Shown in pieces: positions 10,268 through 22,605 of a DNA stretch of 64,000 nucleotides; the first letter of the stretch is position 1, and every line of letters starts with the position of its first letter. A program made the position numbers and the translations under genes. Source of the stretch: an uncultured delta proteobacterium. GTDB lineage: Bacteria > Desulfobacterota > Desulfuromonadia > Desulfuromonadales > BM103. Location: contig CAVQRZ010000014.1 in the NCBI GenBank assembly GCA_963715335.1, positions 1 through 64,000 of the forward strand. The letters run 5' to 3'. The notes under the pieces were generated by a model, which was given only the letters and a program-made list of their open reading frames with translations, was not told the origin of the DNA and ran no database searches.

Positions 10268-12175
10268 ATGGAACGTTGGAGCACAAAACAGGCCGCCAAA
10301 GTCTACAATATCGACAACTGGGGAGATGGCTTTTTCTCAATCAATCGCCGTGGGCACGTCTGTGTGCATCCTTCACCCCACTCGAAATACTCCATTGACC
10401 TGCGAATACTGATGGACGACCTGGTCAAGCGCAAGATCAAGCCGCCGATCCTGCTGCGTTTTATGAATGTTCTGAAAGGCAGGATCGATGCGATCAACCG
10501 CGCTTTTGATTATGCCATTGAGGAGTATGACTACCCGGCCGGCTACCAGACCTTTTTCCCGATCAAGGTCAACCAGCAACGCCAGGTGGTCGAGGCGATC
10601 ACCGAGTTCGGCAAGAAACACAACATCGGCCTCGAGGTCGGTTCGAAGCCGGAACTGGTCGCAGCGATTTCTTTTGCCACCGGCAAAAAGCTGCAGATCA
10701 TCTGCAATGGCTACAAGGACAACGATTACATTGAGACCATCCTCTATGCCAACAAGATCGGCTACGACATCACCATCGTCGTCGAGAAGCTCTTTGAGCT
10801 GGAAAAAATCATTGCCCTGTCGGAGAAGACCGGGATCAAGCCGAAGCTCGGCATCCGGGTCAAGCTTTCCTCGAAAGGAACCGGCAAGTGGGCCACCTCG
10901 GGCGGCAGCGATGCCAAGTTCGGCCTGAAAATTTCCGAGCTGCTTGCTGCTATCGAGCTGCTCAAGGAGCACAAGCTGCTTGGCCAGGTCAAACTTTTGC
11001 ACTTCCACATCGGCAGCCAGATTACCAAGATCGACAAGATCAAGAACGCGCTGGTCGAGGGAGCGCGCATCTACGCTGAAATGAAGAAGATGGGTATCGG
11101 GCTGGAGTATCTTGATGTCGGCGGTGGTCTGGGGGTTGATTACGACGGTTCAAAGTCGAGCTACTTCTCGAGCGTCAACTATTCAGTCGAGGAATATGCC
11201 AACGACGTTATCTACCAGGTGAAGAATATTTGTGATGCCGCCGGGGTGCCCTGCCCGAACATTATTTCCGAATCGGGCCGCGCCATCGTTGCGCACTACT
11301 CGGTGCTGGTCACCAACATTCTCAACACCAATACCCAGAACGCTCTGCCCGATTACGATGACGTGCTTGAGGACGCCACAAAGCTCTCGCCGACCGTAAA
11401 AAAACTCTATGATATTTACCAGAGCCTGGACCGGCATTCGCTGCGTGAGGATTACCATGACACTCTGCAGCTGATCCAGGAGGCTGTCAGCCTGTTCAAT
11501 CTCGGTTACCTGAATTTGCACGAACGAGCCCTGGCCGAGTGGCTCTGCAACAAGATCTTTTTCGAAATCAACGAGATAGTCGGGCGCCTGAAAGATGTTC
11601 CGGATGATCTGCAGAATTTCCAGTTGAGCCTGCGCCAGACCTATTTCGCCAACTTCTCGCTGTTCCAGTCGGTCCCGGATTCATGGGCGATCGACCAGCT
11701 GTTTCCGATCATGCCGCTGCAGAGGCTCAGCCAGAAGCCGGACGTCATGGCGACTGTCGCCGATATCACCTGCGACTCCGACGGTGAGGTGAACAGCTTT
11801 GTCGGCGAGAACGGGCGCAGCAAATATCTGCCGTTGCACAAGGTTCAGAACGGCGAAGAATACTATATCGGTTTCTTCATGATCGGCGCCTACCAGGAAA
11901 TCCTCGGCGACATGCACAACCTGTTTGGCGATACCAACGCCGTGCACATCACCTTCAACAAGAAAACCAATTACATGATTGATACGGTAATCCAGGGCGA
12001 TGCAACCTGGGAAAGCCTTAAATACGTGCAGTACCAGGGCCCCGAAATCCTCAAGCATGTGCGCGACAATCTGGAGAAGCGGGTTGCCCTGCGCAAGATC
12101 TCCTTCGAGGAGACCAGCCATTTCATTGAACTGCTCGACCGGATGTTGATGTCTTACACGTATTTGGGAGAATAG
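10268..12175 (+). CDS. speA: Biosynthetic arginine decarboxylase
   Basis: PIKVNQ, GLEVGSKPEL, HFHIGSQ, DVGGGLG.DYDG, NFSLFQS.PD.WAI and TCDSDG motifs. Confidence 0.95.
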   Translation: MERWSTKQAAKVYNIDNWGDGFFSINRRGHVCVHPSPHSKYSIDLRILMDDLVKRKIKPPILLRFMNVLKGRIDAINRAFDYAIEEYDYPAGYQTFFPIKVNQQRQVVEAITEFGKKHNIGLEVGSKPELVAAISFATGKKLQIICNGYKDNDYIETILYANKIGYDITIVVEKLFELEKIIALSEKTGIKPKLGIRVKLSSKGTGKWATSGGSDAKFGLKISELLAAIELLKEHKLLGQVKLLHFHIGSQITKIDKIKNALVEGARIYAEMKKMGIGLEYLDVGGGLGVDYDGSKSSYFSSVNYSVEEYANDVIYQVKNICDAAGVPCPNIISESGRAIVAHYSVLVTNILNTNTQNALPDYDDVLEDATKLSPTVKKLYDIYQSLDRHSLREDYHDTLQLIQEAVSLFNLGYLNLHERALAEWLCNKIFFEINEIVGRLKDVPDDLQNFQLSLRQTYFANFSLFQSVPDSWAIDQLFPIMPLQRLSQKPDVMATVADITCDSDGEVNSFVGENGRSKYLPLHKVQNGEEYYIGFFMIGAYQEILGDMHNLFGDTNAVHITFNKKTNYMIDTVIQGDATWESLKYVQYQGPEILKHVRDNLEKRVALRKISFEETSHFIELLDRMLMSYTYLGE

Positions 12176-12196
12176 GGCGAAGCTGAAAGCTTCGCC

Positions 12197-12323
12197 GGAA
12201 CGAGGGACGCGGTACGAGGAACGCGGGAAACCATCAAAAACGGGGACACTTTATTTCAAAGTGTCCCCGTTTTAGTTTGCAGATTGTGATTTTCGCGTCC
12301 CGCGCTACGCGTCCCGCGTCCCG
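12197..12323. repeat. Inverted heptamer arrays (GG[GA]ACG[CA])n around a central hairpin
   Basis: ggaacga gggacgc ggtacga ggaacgc (12197-12224); reverse-complement array 12293-12323 overlaps the thiC stop. Confidence 0.85.
12237..12273. terminator. Bidirectional intrinsic terminator between convergent speA and thiC
   Basis: aaaacggggacacttt-atttc-aaagtgtccccgtttt. Confidence 0.7.
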
Positions 12324-13624
12324 GCCTTTCGTTCATTCATGACCTTGTAGGCACAAAATTGGCCACACATGGTGCACGCTCCATGCTCTTCATCAACCCC
12401 CGATTCGGCACGCAGGCGTCGGGCTCTCTCGGGGTCTATGGCGAGGGCGAACTGCCCTTCCCAGTCAAGCGCTTTGCGGCATTTCGCCATGGCGATGTCT
12501 TTTTCGATTGCACCGGGGACGCCCTTGACAATGTCGCCGGCATGGGCGGCGATGCGGCTGGCCATGACCCCTTCGTGGACATCTTCCACGGTCGGCAGAC
12601 GCAGGTGTTCGCTGGCGGTGACGTAACAGAGGAAGTCGGCACCCGCGGCAGCAGCCAGGGTGCCGCCGATAGCACAGGTGATATGGTCGTAGCCGGGAGC
12701 GATATCGGTCACTAACGGTCCGAGTACGTAGAAGGGAGCGCCATGGCAGAGGCGTTTCTGCAACTGGACGTTGGTCTCGATCTGGTTTAACGGCACATGT
12801 CCAGGGCCCTCGATCATCACCTGTACGCCGGCTTTCCAGGCACGCTGGGTCAGTTCGCCGAGCAGGATCAGTTCGTGGATCTGGGCGCGGTCGGTGGCGT
12901 CGGCCAGGCAACCGGGGCGGAAGCCGTCGCCGAGCGAAAGGGTCGCGTCATAAGGTTTGACGATCTCCAGAAGGCGGTCGAAGTGTTCGAACAGGGGGTT
13001 CTCGGCGTTATTGTGGGCCATCCACTCGACGGTGAAGGAACCGCCGCGTGAGACCACTTCCATGATGCGACCCTCGTTGTCCATTCGCTCGACCGTGGCC
13101 CGGGTCACGCCACAGTGCACGGTAATGAAGTCAACGCCGTCATCCAGGTGCTTGACAATGCCATCGAAGATTTCGTCGACAGTCATGTCGACCATTGCCT
13201 TGCCCTTGCGGGTTACAGTATCGACGGCGGCTTGGTAAAGCGGGACCGAGCCGATGCAGGCGTTGGTCTCGTTGATGATTGCGGCACGGATTTCGTCGAT
13301 CGGTCCACCGGTAGACAGGTCCATGATCGCATCGGCACCTGCGGCCACTGCAACGCGGGCCTTTTCCAACTCCTTGTCAATACTGGTGTCGTCCCTGCTG
13401 GTGCCGATGTTGGCATTGACCTTGGTCCGTAGCCCCTTGCCGACTGCGAGCGGGATGCCGTTGCGGTGCCGGTTGTTGTGGCAGATGATCGCTGTCCCCT
13501 CGGCGATGCGCTGGCGCAGGATTTCCGGGTCAATATTCTCGGTCAGCGCGGCCTGCTTCATCTTGTCGGATACGACGCCCTGGCGGGCGAGTTCGAGTTG
13601 GGTCAGTGTACTTTGTTTCTTCAT
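12305..13624 (-). CDS. thiC: Phosphomethylpyrimidine synthase
   Basis: KVNANIGTS, MDLSTGG, VSRGGS, EGPGH, GYDHIT and C-terminal CTMCGQFC. Confidence 0.96.
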   Translation of the reverse strand: MKKQSTLTQLELARQGVVSDKMKQAALTENIDPEILRQRIAEGTAIICHNNRHRNGIPLAVGKGLRTKVNANIGTSRDDTSIDKELEKARVAVAAGADAIMDLSTGGPIDEIRAAIINETNACIGSVPLYQAAVDTVTRKGKAMVDMTVDEIFDGIVKHLDDGVDFITVHCGVTRATVERMDNEGRIMEVVSRGGSFTVEWMAHNNAENPLFEHFDRLLEIVKPYDATLSLGDGFRPGCLADATDRAQIHELILLGELTQRAWKAGVQVMIEGPGHVPLNQIETNVQLQKRLCHGAPFYVLGPLVTDIAPGYDHITCAIGGTLAAAAGADFLCYVTASEHLRLPTVEDVHEGVMASRIAAHAGDIVKGVPGAIEKDIAMAKCRKALDWEGQFALAIDPERARRLRAESGVDEEHGACTMCGQFCAYKVMNERKAGTRDA

Positions 13625-13640
13625 GAATCCTCTTTATTTA

Positions 13641-13670
13641 GGTGAAAGTGAAAAGTAAAAGGTGAAAAGT
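13641..13670. repeat. Heptamer array (GTGAAAA-like) between thiDE and thiC
   Basis: ggtgaaa gtgaaaa gtaaaag gtgaaaa g. Confidence 0.7.
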
Positions 13671-13686
13671 CAAATCCGGTCCTTAC

Positions 13687-15123
13687 TCATAGGCCTTTCC
13701 CTTCTTCCCGTCCCCTTGTTAGTGTCCTGGCCCCTGCAAAATGGTTAATCGGCCCATGTCCGCCACCGATCGGGTAAGCGTGACGGATTGCTTCATTGAT
13801 AAACAGTTTGGCAGACTCAACGGCTCTGGCCAGTGGCAGGCCCTGTGCCAGAAGGGTAGCAACTGCGGCCGAATAGGAGCAGCCTGTACCGTGGGTGTTG
13901 ACCGTATCGATCCGTTCTGCTGTGAGTTTTTGTATGGTCTTTCCGGCCAGCAGGAGATCGACGGCATCCCCGTCGCGGTGGCCGCCTTTGAGCAGGACGT
14001 GGCGTGGGCCCATGGCCTGGAGACTCTTCGCCGCCTCTGCCATTTCCTCCAGGGTGCGAACCTTCAGCCCCGTCAAGGCTTCGGCTTCGGGGATGTTCGG
14101 TGTCAGCAGGTAAGCGTTTGGCAGTAATTCGGAGCGTACGGCTTCCATCGCCTCCTGCTCAAGAAGTGCTGCGCCGCCTTTGGCGATCATCACCGGGTCC
14201 ACCACACTGAGCAGCTTGTATTTGCTGATGAGTGCCGAGACCGCAGTGACGATTTCGGCGCTGTAGAGCATGCCGGTTTTGATCGTGTCGGTACCGATGT
14301 CGTCAAGCACCACCTCGGCTTGTTTGATAATGAATTGTGCCGAGGCAGGCGAAAGGTCGTGGACGCCGAGGGTGTTCTGCGCGGTCAGGACCGTAATCGC
14401 GCTGGTCCCGAATGAGCCAAGCAGGGCGATCGTCTTCAGGTCTGCCTGGATTCCTGCGCCGCCGCCGGAATCGGAGCCGGCGATAGTCAGTACCCGGGTT
14501 GATTCCTGGGCCTGCCTGATGTTGAACAGCAGGGACAGCTCTCTTGCCGCCAGGGCGGGATTCGGGTCGTCGGCAATTGCCGATATGACAGCCAGGGCGT
14601 CAGCACCGGCGGCAATGGCCTCGGCACCGTTCATCCAGTCGATGCCGCCAATCGCAACCAGCGGGATCTTGACCGCCATACGCACTCTGCGCAGGGTTTC
14701 AACCCCGATCAGCTCCGCATCGTCCTTGGTGCTGGTCGGGAAGATGCTGCCGACACCGATGTAATCAGCGCCGGCCATTTCGGCCTTGAGGGCCTGGTCA
14801 ACGGTGCGGGTGGAGACACCGATCAATCTGTTCGGGCCAAGTCGTCTGCGAGCGTCGTGCACCGAACCATCCTCCTGGCCCAGGTGGACACCCTCAGCAA
14901 AACATGCCAGCGCCAGTTCGGGGTTGTCATTGACCAGGAAGGTTGCACCGGCCTCTTTGCACAGATGCGCGAGCTGGCGGGCCAGGTTGACCTGGGCATC
15001 AAAGGAGCGGCCCTTGTCCCGGTACTGTACAATCCTGGCTCCGCCGCGCAACCCATCACTGACAGTGCTCAGGATGTGCTCCTCGGCGCCTTGCGGAGTA
15101 ATCAGATAGAGACCCTGGATCAT
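13687..15123 (-). CDS. thiDE: Fused thiamine-phosphate synthase / HMP(-P) kinase (ThiE-ThiD)
   Basis: N-terminal QYR.K, VND, VHLGQED and AIGGI; C-terminal [21 protein letters not shown] and HGTGC. Confidence 0.93.
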   Translation of the reverse strand: MIQGLYLITPQGAEEHILSTVSDGLRGGARIVQYRDKGRSFDAQVNLARQLAHLCKEAGATFLVNDNPELALACFAEGVHLGQEDGSVHDARRRLGPNRLIGVSTRTVDQALKAEMAGADYIGVGSIFPTSTKDDAELIGVETLRRVRMAVKIPLVAIGGIDWMNGAEAIAAGADALAVISAIADDPNPALAARELSLLFNIRQAQESTRVLTIAGSDSGGGAGIQADLKTIALLGSFGTSAITVLTAQNTLGVHDLSPASAQFIIKQAEVVLDDIGTDTIKTGMLYSAEIVTAVSALISKYKLLSVVDPVMIAKGGAALLEQEAMEAVRSELLPNAYLLTPNIPEAEALTGLKVRTLEEMAEAAKSLQAMGPRHVLLKGGHRDGDAVDLLLAGKTIQKLTAERIDTVNTHGTGCSYSAAVATLLAQGLPLARAVESAKLFINEAIRHAYPIGGGHGPINHFAGARTLTRGREEGKGL

Positions 15124-15135
15124 ATTTTCACCTCA

Positions 15136-15200
15136 GTGAAAGGGGAAAAGTAAAAAGTGGAAAGTGAAAAGAAAGAACTCTTTCCCCTTTTACATTTTAC
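15136..15200. repeat. Inverted heptamer arrays (GTGAAAA-like) in the thiDE leader
   Basis: gtgaaag gggaaaa gtaaaaa gtggaaa gtgaaaa, then ctttcccc ttttaca ttttac. Confidence 0.75.
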
Positions 15201-15210
15201 TGACTACTGA

Positions 15211-15243
15211 ACAAAAAAAGCGCCCGGCTGGTGCCACGGCGCT
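15211..15243 (-). terminator. Intrinsic terminator, expression platform of TPP riboswitch 1
   Basis: Minus strand agcgccgtggcaccagccgggcgct followed by a T-run. Confidence 0.75.
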
Positions 15244-15278
15244 CTACCCGATATCGGGTGTGGTCGTTGCTGTCCAGT

Positions 15279-15370
15279 CCGCTTCCCTCCGCCGGTATGA
15301 TCCGGATCAGGTTCCAAGGGTCGTTCCGTCATGAGACGAAACTCTCAGTAATCTTCTACTCCCCTAGCGG
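15279..15370 (-). promoter_or_regulatory. TPP riboswitch upstream of thiDE-thiC
   Basis: Minus strand ctaggggag...ctgaga...gacccttggaacctgatccggatcataccggcggagggaagcgg matches the THI-box core. Confidence 0.95.
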
Positions 15371-15558
15371 TGGCGCAGTAATGTAGCGGATCACCCGGTC
15401 AGGTCAGGCCAATCCGGTTGTTCAGTGTTTTTTCTCCTGAATCGCGGCAGCGATGGCACGGTGCCTGGCGAAGACATCAATCTGCCGCATAAGTTCAAAC
15501 TTAGATGATCTGACTCGGTCAGCGTAGAATATTGCGAGAGGGGCTGTCAACTTTTAAA

Positions 15559-15657
15559 GCGGAGGCTTAAGGGCGGAGGCTGGAGACTGGGGGCTGGCAG
15601 GAGCTTTGATCTAAACCCCAGTCCCCTCCAGCCTCCGCCGTCCAGCCCCCGCTTTTA
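15559..15657. repeat. Inverted heptamer arrays (GCGGAGG/CTGGAG[AG]) upstream of alr
   Basis: gcggagg cttaagg gcggagg ctggaga ctggggg ctgg, with a complementary array at 15616-15657. Confidence 0.75.
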
Positions 15658-15729
15658 ACTTTACACCTTTCAAAGCCGCATGATTTAATATTTCCCTCTG
15701 GTTTCGGATCAATCTCTGTGGAGTTGTTT

Positions 15730-16866
15730 ATGTCTGCACCCCGTCCGACCTATGCTGAAATTGATCTTGCTGCCCTGAGACACAATTTCCAAGAAGTTCG
15801 GCGTGCCGTCGGTGATGCTTGCGAGATCCTGGCCGTGGTCAAGGCCGATGCCTACGGCCATGGCGTCTCAGGGATCGCTCCGGCCCTCGCCGGCGCCGGC
15901 GCCGATCTCTTCGGTGTCGCCCTCGTCGAAGAGGGGGTCGAGCTGCGCAGGCAGAATATTGAGCAGCCAATCCTCGTCCTCGGCAGTGCTTTCCCGGGCC
16001 AGGAAAATGACCTTCTGAAGCACCATCTGACTCCCGTTATTTACGACCTGGACTGTGCACGGCGGCTGGATGGTTTTGCCTGCAGCGCCGGACGGGTCAT
16101 CGACTACCACCTCAAGGTTGATACCGGGATGGGGCGGTTGGGCTTCCGGGTTGAATTGCTCGACGAAGCGCTCGCAGCCCTGGACAGCCTGAACAGCCTG
16201 AACATGGTCGGAATCATGAGTCATCTGGCCATGGCCGATGAGCCTGAGCGCCCGTTGACCGCCGCACAGTTCCAGTCTTTTGCCGAAGTGAACGCCAGGA
16301 TGGAAAGGCGGGGGCTCAATCCACGCTATCGTCATATCGCCAACAGCGCCGGGATCTACAGTCGCGACCTTGCCGGATGCAACCTGGTCCGGCCCGGGGT
16401 TTGCCTTTATGGCGGATTGACCGGCGGCCCCTACGCAGGAGCTGTCACGCAGCAGCCGGTGCTGCGCTTCCTCAGCCGGGTTGCCCAGCTCAAGGACGTT
16501 CCCCCAGGGAGCGGGGTCTCCTATGGCCACCGGTTCGTGGCCTCGCGCCACTCCCGGATTGCAGCGATCCCGGTTGGCTACGCCGATGGCTACAACCGCC
16601 TGCTGACCAATCGAGGCGATGTCCTGATCCGCGGCCGCAGGGCCCCGGTCGCAGGCACGGTTTGCATGGACTGGATTCTCGTCGATGTCACCGATCTCCC
16701 CGATGTCCAGGTGGGCGATCGCGTGACCCTGCTCGGTCGGGATGGTGATGAATTCATCAGCGCCGAAGAATGGGCGGACAAGGTTGGTTCCATTACCTAT
16801 GAAGTTTTCTGCGGGATCAGCAAACGGGTGCCGCGGGTGTATGTCAATTCGGATGCTGTAGGATGA
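15730..16866 (+). CDS. alr: Alanine racemase
   Basis: AVVKADAYGHG, HLKVDTGMGRLG, ANSA, RPG..LYG, GYADG and VCMD. Confidence 0.96.
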   Translation: MSAPRPTYAEIDLAALRHNFQEVRRAVGDACEILAVVKADAYGHGVSGIAPALAGAGADLFGVALVEEGVELRRQNIEQPILVLGSAFPGQENDLLKHHLTPVIYDLDCARRLDGFACSAGRVIDYHLKVDTGMGRLGFRVELLDEALAALDSLNSLNMVGIMSHLAMADEPERPLTAAQFQSFAEVNARMERRGLNPRYRHIANSAGIYSRDLAGCNLVRPGVCLYGGLTGGPYAGAVTQQPVLRFLSRVAQLKDVPPGSGVSYGHRFVASRHSRIAAIPVGYADGYNRLLTNRGDVLIRGRRAPVAGTVCMDWILVDVTDLPDVQVGDRVTLLGRDGDEFISAEEWADKVGSITYEVFCGISKRVPRVYVNSDAVG

Positions 16867-17215
16867 GCTAAAAGGAGTGAGAGGACGACTCTTCTGCAAA
16901 AACCAGGAGTCAGCATTCAGTCTGCAAGGCTCCGGATTCAGAATGAACGCGACTGGCCTCGACTGCCCTGAAAAGGGTTGCCTTACTGCCAGAGCCCATG
17001 TTAGATAAAGCCTCCTCTGCGACCACTGGAGGCTGGCCAGTTTGCATGCCTATCCGGTGGATGAAAGTCTCATAAACGACTGGATAGTCTGACCGCAAAA
17101 ATCTGGACGCTGATTGAGGCAGAAAAGAGTGATTTTTTAAATCAGCTTTTATCAAGATTTTATCAGTGGCCAATTCACAAGTTGGATCTAAAAATACTAA
17201 ACAAGAGGTTCTGCC

Positions 17216-18781
17216 ATGGCTGTTATCAAACGTGCATTAATCAGTGTTTCCGACAAAACCGGCATCGTTGAGCTTGCCGAAGGCTTGCGCAAGTTCGGTG
17301 TTGAAATCCTTTCCACGGGAGGCACCGCGAGCATGATGCGGGAAGCCGGGCTTGAGGTGAAGGATGTATCCGAACACACCGGCTACCCGGAAATGCTTGA
17401 CGGCCGCGTCAAGACGTTGCACCCGAAAATTCACGGCGGCCTGCTTGGCCTGCGCGACAACCCTGCCCATGTTGCCAAGATGGCCGAGCATGGCATCAAG
17501 CCGATTGACATGGTGGTGGTTAATCTTTACCCCTTCGAAGCAACCGTCGCCAACCCCGACTGCTCCCTCGAAGACGCTATCGAGAACATCGATATCGGCG
17601 GCCCGACCATGCTGCGGAGCGCCGCCAAGAACAACCAGGCGGTAACAGTGGTTGTCGACCCGGCCGATTATGCTGTCGTCCTTGATGAGATGAACGCCAA
17701 TAACGGTGAGGTCTGCCGTGAAACCAACTTCCGCCTGGCGCTGAAGGTCTACCAGCGCACCGCGGCCTACGATGCCGCCATCTCCAACTGGCTCGGCAAA
17801 CGGGTCGATGCAGAGAGCGCCGATTTCCCGAGCGCTTTGACCTTCCAGTACCAACGCACCGAGATCATGCGCTACGGCGAGAACCCGCACCAGAAGGCGG
17901 CCTTCTACGTCGAAAGCGATCTCCAGGAAGCCTCGATCGCCACCGCCCGGCAGCTGCAGGGCAAGCAGCTCTCCTACAACAATATCGCCGATACGGACGC
18001 CGCCCTCGAGTGCGTCAAGCAGTTCAGTGACGGCCCGGCCTGTGTTATCGTCAAACACGCCAACCCCTGTGGCGTCGCTTATGGCGACACCCTGCTCGAT
18101 GCTTACCAGCGCGCCTTCAGCACCGATACCGAATCAGCTTTCGGCGGGATTATCGCCTTTAACCGTGAGCTCGATGCGGCGACGGCCCAGGAGATCGTCG
18201 ACAAACAGTTCGTCGAAGTCATCATCGCGCCGAAGGTTGGTGCCGGAGTGAGCGAGATTGTTGCTGCGAAGAAGAACGTCCGTCTGCTTGAATGCGGAGA
18301 ATGGCCGACACAGCCGGCTGCCCGTCTCGACCTGAAACGGGTCAACGGTGGCATGCTGGTACAGGACCTTGACCTCGAGCTGACCGGGGAACTGAAGGTC
18401 GTCAGCAAACGTCAGCCGACCGCCGCCGAGATGAAGGATATGCTCTTCACCTGGCGGGTATCCAAGTTCGTCAAGTCCAATGCGATCGTCTACGGCAAGG
18501 ACTGCATGACGATCGGTGTTGGCGCCGGCCAGATGAGCCGGGTCAACTCGGCACGGATCGCCGCGATCAAGGCTGAACATGCAGGACTTGAAGTCAAGGG
18601 GGCGGTGATGGCCTCTGATGCATTCTTCCCATTCCGTGACGGGATCGACAATGCTGCCGCTGTCGGCATCAGCGCGGTCATCCAGCCGGGCGGTTCGATC
18701 CGTGATGAAGAGGTGATTGCCGCTGCTGACGAACACGGCATGGCGATGGTCTTTACCGGGATGCGGCATTTTAGACATTAG
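17216..18781 (+). CDS. purH: Bifunctional AICAR formyltransferase / IMP cyclohydrolase
   Basis: [38 protein letters not shown] and C-terminal RHFRH. Confidence 0.97.
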   Translation: MAVIKRALISVSDKTGIVELAEGLRKFGVEILSTGGTASMMREAGLEVKDVSEHTGYPEMLDGRVKTLHPKIHGGLLGLRDNPAHVAKMAEHGIKPIDMVVVNLYPFEATVANPDCSLEDAIENIDIGGPTMLRSAAKNNQAVTVVVDPADYAVVLDEMNANNGEVCRETNFRLALKVYQRTAAYDAAISNWLGKRVDAESADFPSALTFQYQRTEIMRYGENPHQKAAFYVESDLQEASIATARQLQGKQLSYNNIADTDAALECVKQFSDGPACVIVKHANPCGVAYGDTLLDAYQRAFSTDTESAFGGIIAFNRELDAATAQEIVDKQFVEVIIAPKVGAGVSEIVAAKKNVRLLECGEWPTQPAARLDLKRVNGGMLVQDLDLELTGELKVVSKRQPTAAEMKDMLFTWRVSKFVKSNAIVYGKDCMTIGVGAGQMSRVNSARIAAIKAEHAGLEVKGAVMASDAFFPFRDGIDNAAAVGISAVIQPGGSIRDEEVIAAADEHGMAMVFTGMRHFRH

Positions 18782-18786
18782 GCGAA

Positions 18787-20281
<1,495 letters not shown>

Positions 20282-20293
20282 CGATTCAACGCC

Positions 20294-20461
20294 GGGACGC
20301 GTGACGCGGCACGAGGGACGCGGAGGTCAAAAGCGATATTGAGGTTTTAACACTCATCGCTGAATTATTCATTCTAATCGGCACTTTTAGTCAGATAGGA
20401 CTTAATTTATGGACAAAGGTTTGAGGTTGTCGCGTCCCGCGTCCCTCGTCCCGCGTCCCGG
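20294..20461. repeat. Inverted heptamer arrays (GGGACG[CA])n between purD and purE
   Basis: gggacgc gtgacgc ggcacga gggacgc (20294-20321); cgcgtcc cgcgtcc ctcgtcc cgcgtcc (20431-20458); AT-rich spacer. Confidence 0.88.
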
Positions 20462-20481
20462 CTTTCAAAGAGGTTGTATCG

Positions 20482-21000
20482 ATGAGTAAGAACCCTTTAG
20501 TTGGAATCCTGATGGGCAGCGACAATGACTACGAGATCATGAAAGAGACCGCGTTGGCTCTGGCCCAGTTCGGTGTCCCGTTCGAAATGACCGTCTCGAG
20601 TGCCCATCGCACCCCGGAACGTACTGCGAAGATTGTCCGTGAAGCAAGGGGGCGCGGCATCAAGGTATTGATCGCCGGAGCCGGAGCGGCTGCTCATTTG
20701 GCAGGTGTGGTGGCGGCCGAAACCACTCTGCCGGTGATTGCCGTACCGATTGACGCGACGTCGCTGCACGGTCTCGATGCCCTGCTGGCGATGGTGCAGA
20801 TGCCAGCCGGTATCCCTGTGGCAACCATGGCGATCGGCAAGGCGGGAGCCCGTAACGCCGGGATCTTCGCTGCACAGATTCTGGCGGTTGACGACGCAGG
20901 ACTTGCCGCGAAGCTGGTGCAGTTCAAGGCCGATATGGCGAAAGGTGTCGAAGCCAAGGCAGAGGCCCTGGGCAGGAAATTGGCGGCAGATTTCGGCTGA
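20482..21000 (+). CDS. purE: N5-CAIR mutase
   Basis: MGSD.D, SAHRTP, AGAG.AAHL.G and QMP.GIPVAT. Confidence 0.96.
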   Translation: MSKNPLVGILMGSDNDYEIMKETALALAQFGVPFEMTVSSAHRTPERTAKIVREARGRGIKVLIAGAGAAAHLAGVVAAETTLPVIAVPIDATSLHGLDALLAMVQMPAGIPVATMAIGKAGARNAGIFAAQILAVDDAGLAAKLVQFKADMAKGVEAKAEALGRKLAADFG

Positions 21001-21230
21001 CGCCTGCTGGTCGCGCCTTCGGCGTTATTTAGACAGCGAACTGGCTCGCTCTTCGTATCTGCACAGTTTCGAACTGTTCTTAGTCGTCTTGACACTTGAA
21101 GAAGAGTCATACTATCTTGAGCGGAAGTGCTGTGATATCAAAACCAGTGGCTTGTTTCTGACATGACAGCCTAATCTTTTGAGGGCGTTGGCCTGCGGGT
21201 TCTTCTCCCTCTTTTTTAGGAGTAAACAAT

Positions 21231-22595
21231 TTGAGCACACAACAGAACTTCACCGACCAGCTTTGGGACTTTTTCTGTTCTTTGAAGCTGGCAATCATTA
21301 CGCTGATCCTGCTAGCGACGACCTCGATTATCGGTACGGTCATCCAGCAGAACAAGTCTCCTCAGGAGTATATGGAGATTTACGGCATGAGCGAGTCGAC
21401 CTTCAAGACGCTCAATGCCCTGCAGTTCTTCGACATGTACCACTCCTACTGGTTCCTGTCCCTGCTGGGGATCTTTGCCGTCAACCTCATCTGCTGCTCG
21501 ATCAAGCGCCTGCCGCGCATCATCACGGTGGTTCGCGAACCGGTCCTGAAAGCGGATGACGGCCTGTTCCGCACCTTTTCCAGCCGTGAAGAGATCGTTG
21601 CGGAAGGCACCGTGGAGAGTGTGCGCAACAAGATTGTTGCCGTGCTCGGGCAGAAGTTTGCCAAACCGGTGGTCACCGACGAGGATGGCAAGAGCTACCT
21701 GTTCGCGCAGAAAGGCGCCTACTCGCGTTTCGGCGTGTATCTCACGCACACCTCGATCCTGATTATCTTCCTCGGCGCCATGATCGGCAACGTCTGGGGC
21801 TTCAAGGCATATGTCAATATCGTCGAGGGCAAGTCGGTCAACTCGGTCTGGCTGCGGGGAGGGCAGGAGATGTTGCCGATCGGGTTTGAAGTGCGCTGTG
21901 ACAATTTTGAGGTGGAGTTCTACGACGGCGGCGGTCGTCCCAAGGAGTACAGCAGCGACCTGGTTATCCTGGAAAATGGCCGAGAAATAATGAAAAAAAC
22001 CATCGAGGTCAACCATCCTCTGACCTACAAGGGCCTGACCTTCTACCAGTCAAGCTACGGTACGGCCAGTGACCCGGTTTATCGCTTCCGCGTCAAGCAT
22101 CGCGAATCGGGCGAGACAGTCGATGTTGTGGGCGAACAGGGCAAACAGCTGAGCCTGCCCGGTGGTGCGTCGCTGATTCCGATGGGCTATGCCGAGGATT
22201 ATCAGAGCTTCGGCCCGGCCGCCCAGGTCAACATCAGTACCGGCAACCACCAGCAAGGTACGCCGTTTCTGGTTTTCAAGAATTTCCCGCAGTTTGACGA
22301 AAGGCGTGGCGGAGATTATGGGGTTACCCTGCTTGGTGTCGAGCAAGTCTACTTTACCGGCCTGCAGGTCGCCAAGGATCCCGGAGTCTGGGTGGTCTGG
22401 CTCGGCTGCCTGCTGATGGTGCTCGGCTCCTGCGGTGCCTTCTTCCTCTCCCACCGGCGCATCTGGGTGACCATCCAGCCGCTGGAGAAGGGGATCGGCG
22501 TCAAAGTCGGCGGTAATGCCCACCGCAACCAGCCGGCCTTTGTGCTGTTTTTTGACGAACTGAAAAAAGACCTCGACGACGCGTTGTCGTCCTGA
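21231..22595 (+). CDS. resB: Cytochrome c biogenesis protein ResB
   Basis: SIIGT.I.Q, Y.S.WF, N.I.CS, H.S...I, VNHPL...G..FYQSSY and DPG.W.VW.G. Confidence 0.9.
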   Translation: MSTQQNFTDQLWDFFCSLKLAIITLILLATTSIIGTVIQQNKSPQEYMEIYGMSESTFKTLNALQFFDMYHSYWFLSLLGIFAVNLICCSIKRLPRIITVVREPVLKADDGLFRTFSSREEIVAEGTVESVRNKIVAVLGQKFAKPVVTDEDGKSYLFAQKGAYSRFGVYLTHTSILIIFLGAMIGNVWGFKAYVNIVEGKSVNSVWLRGGQEMLPIGFEVRCDNFEVEFYDGGGRPKEYSSDLVILENGREIMKKTIEVNHPLTYKGLTFYQSSYGTASDPVYRFRVKHRESGETVDVVGEQGKQLSLPGGASLIPMGYAEDYQSFGPAAQVNISTGNHQQGTPFLVFKNFPQFDERRGGDYGVTLLGVEQVYFTGLQVAKDPGVWVVWLGCLLMVLGSCGAFFLSHRRIWVTIQPLEKGIGVKVGGNAHRNQPAFVLFFDELKKDLDDALSS

Positions 22596-22605
22596 CGGAG
22601 GAAAC

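Noticed and set aside
16867..17215. ZMP/ZTP riboswitch upstream of purH (cgcgactggc near 16948)
   Set aside because: The downstream GGGGAGC and CGCCTGGG elements are absent
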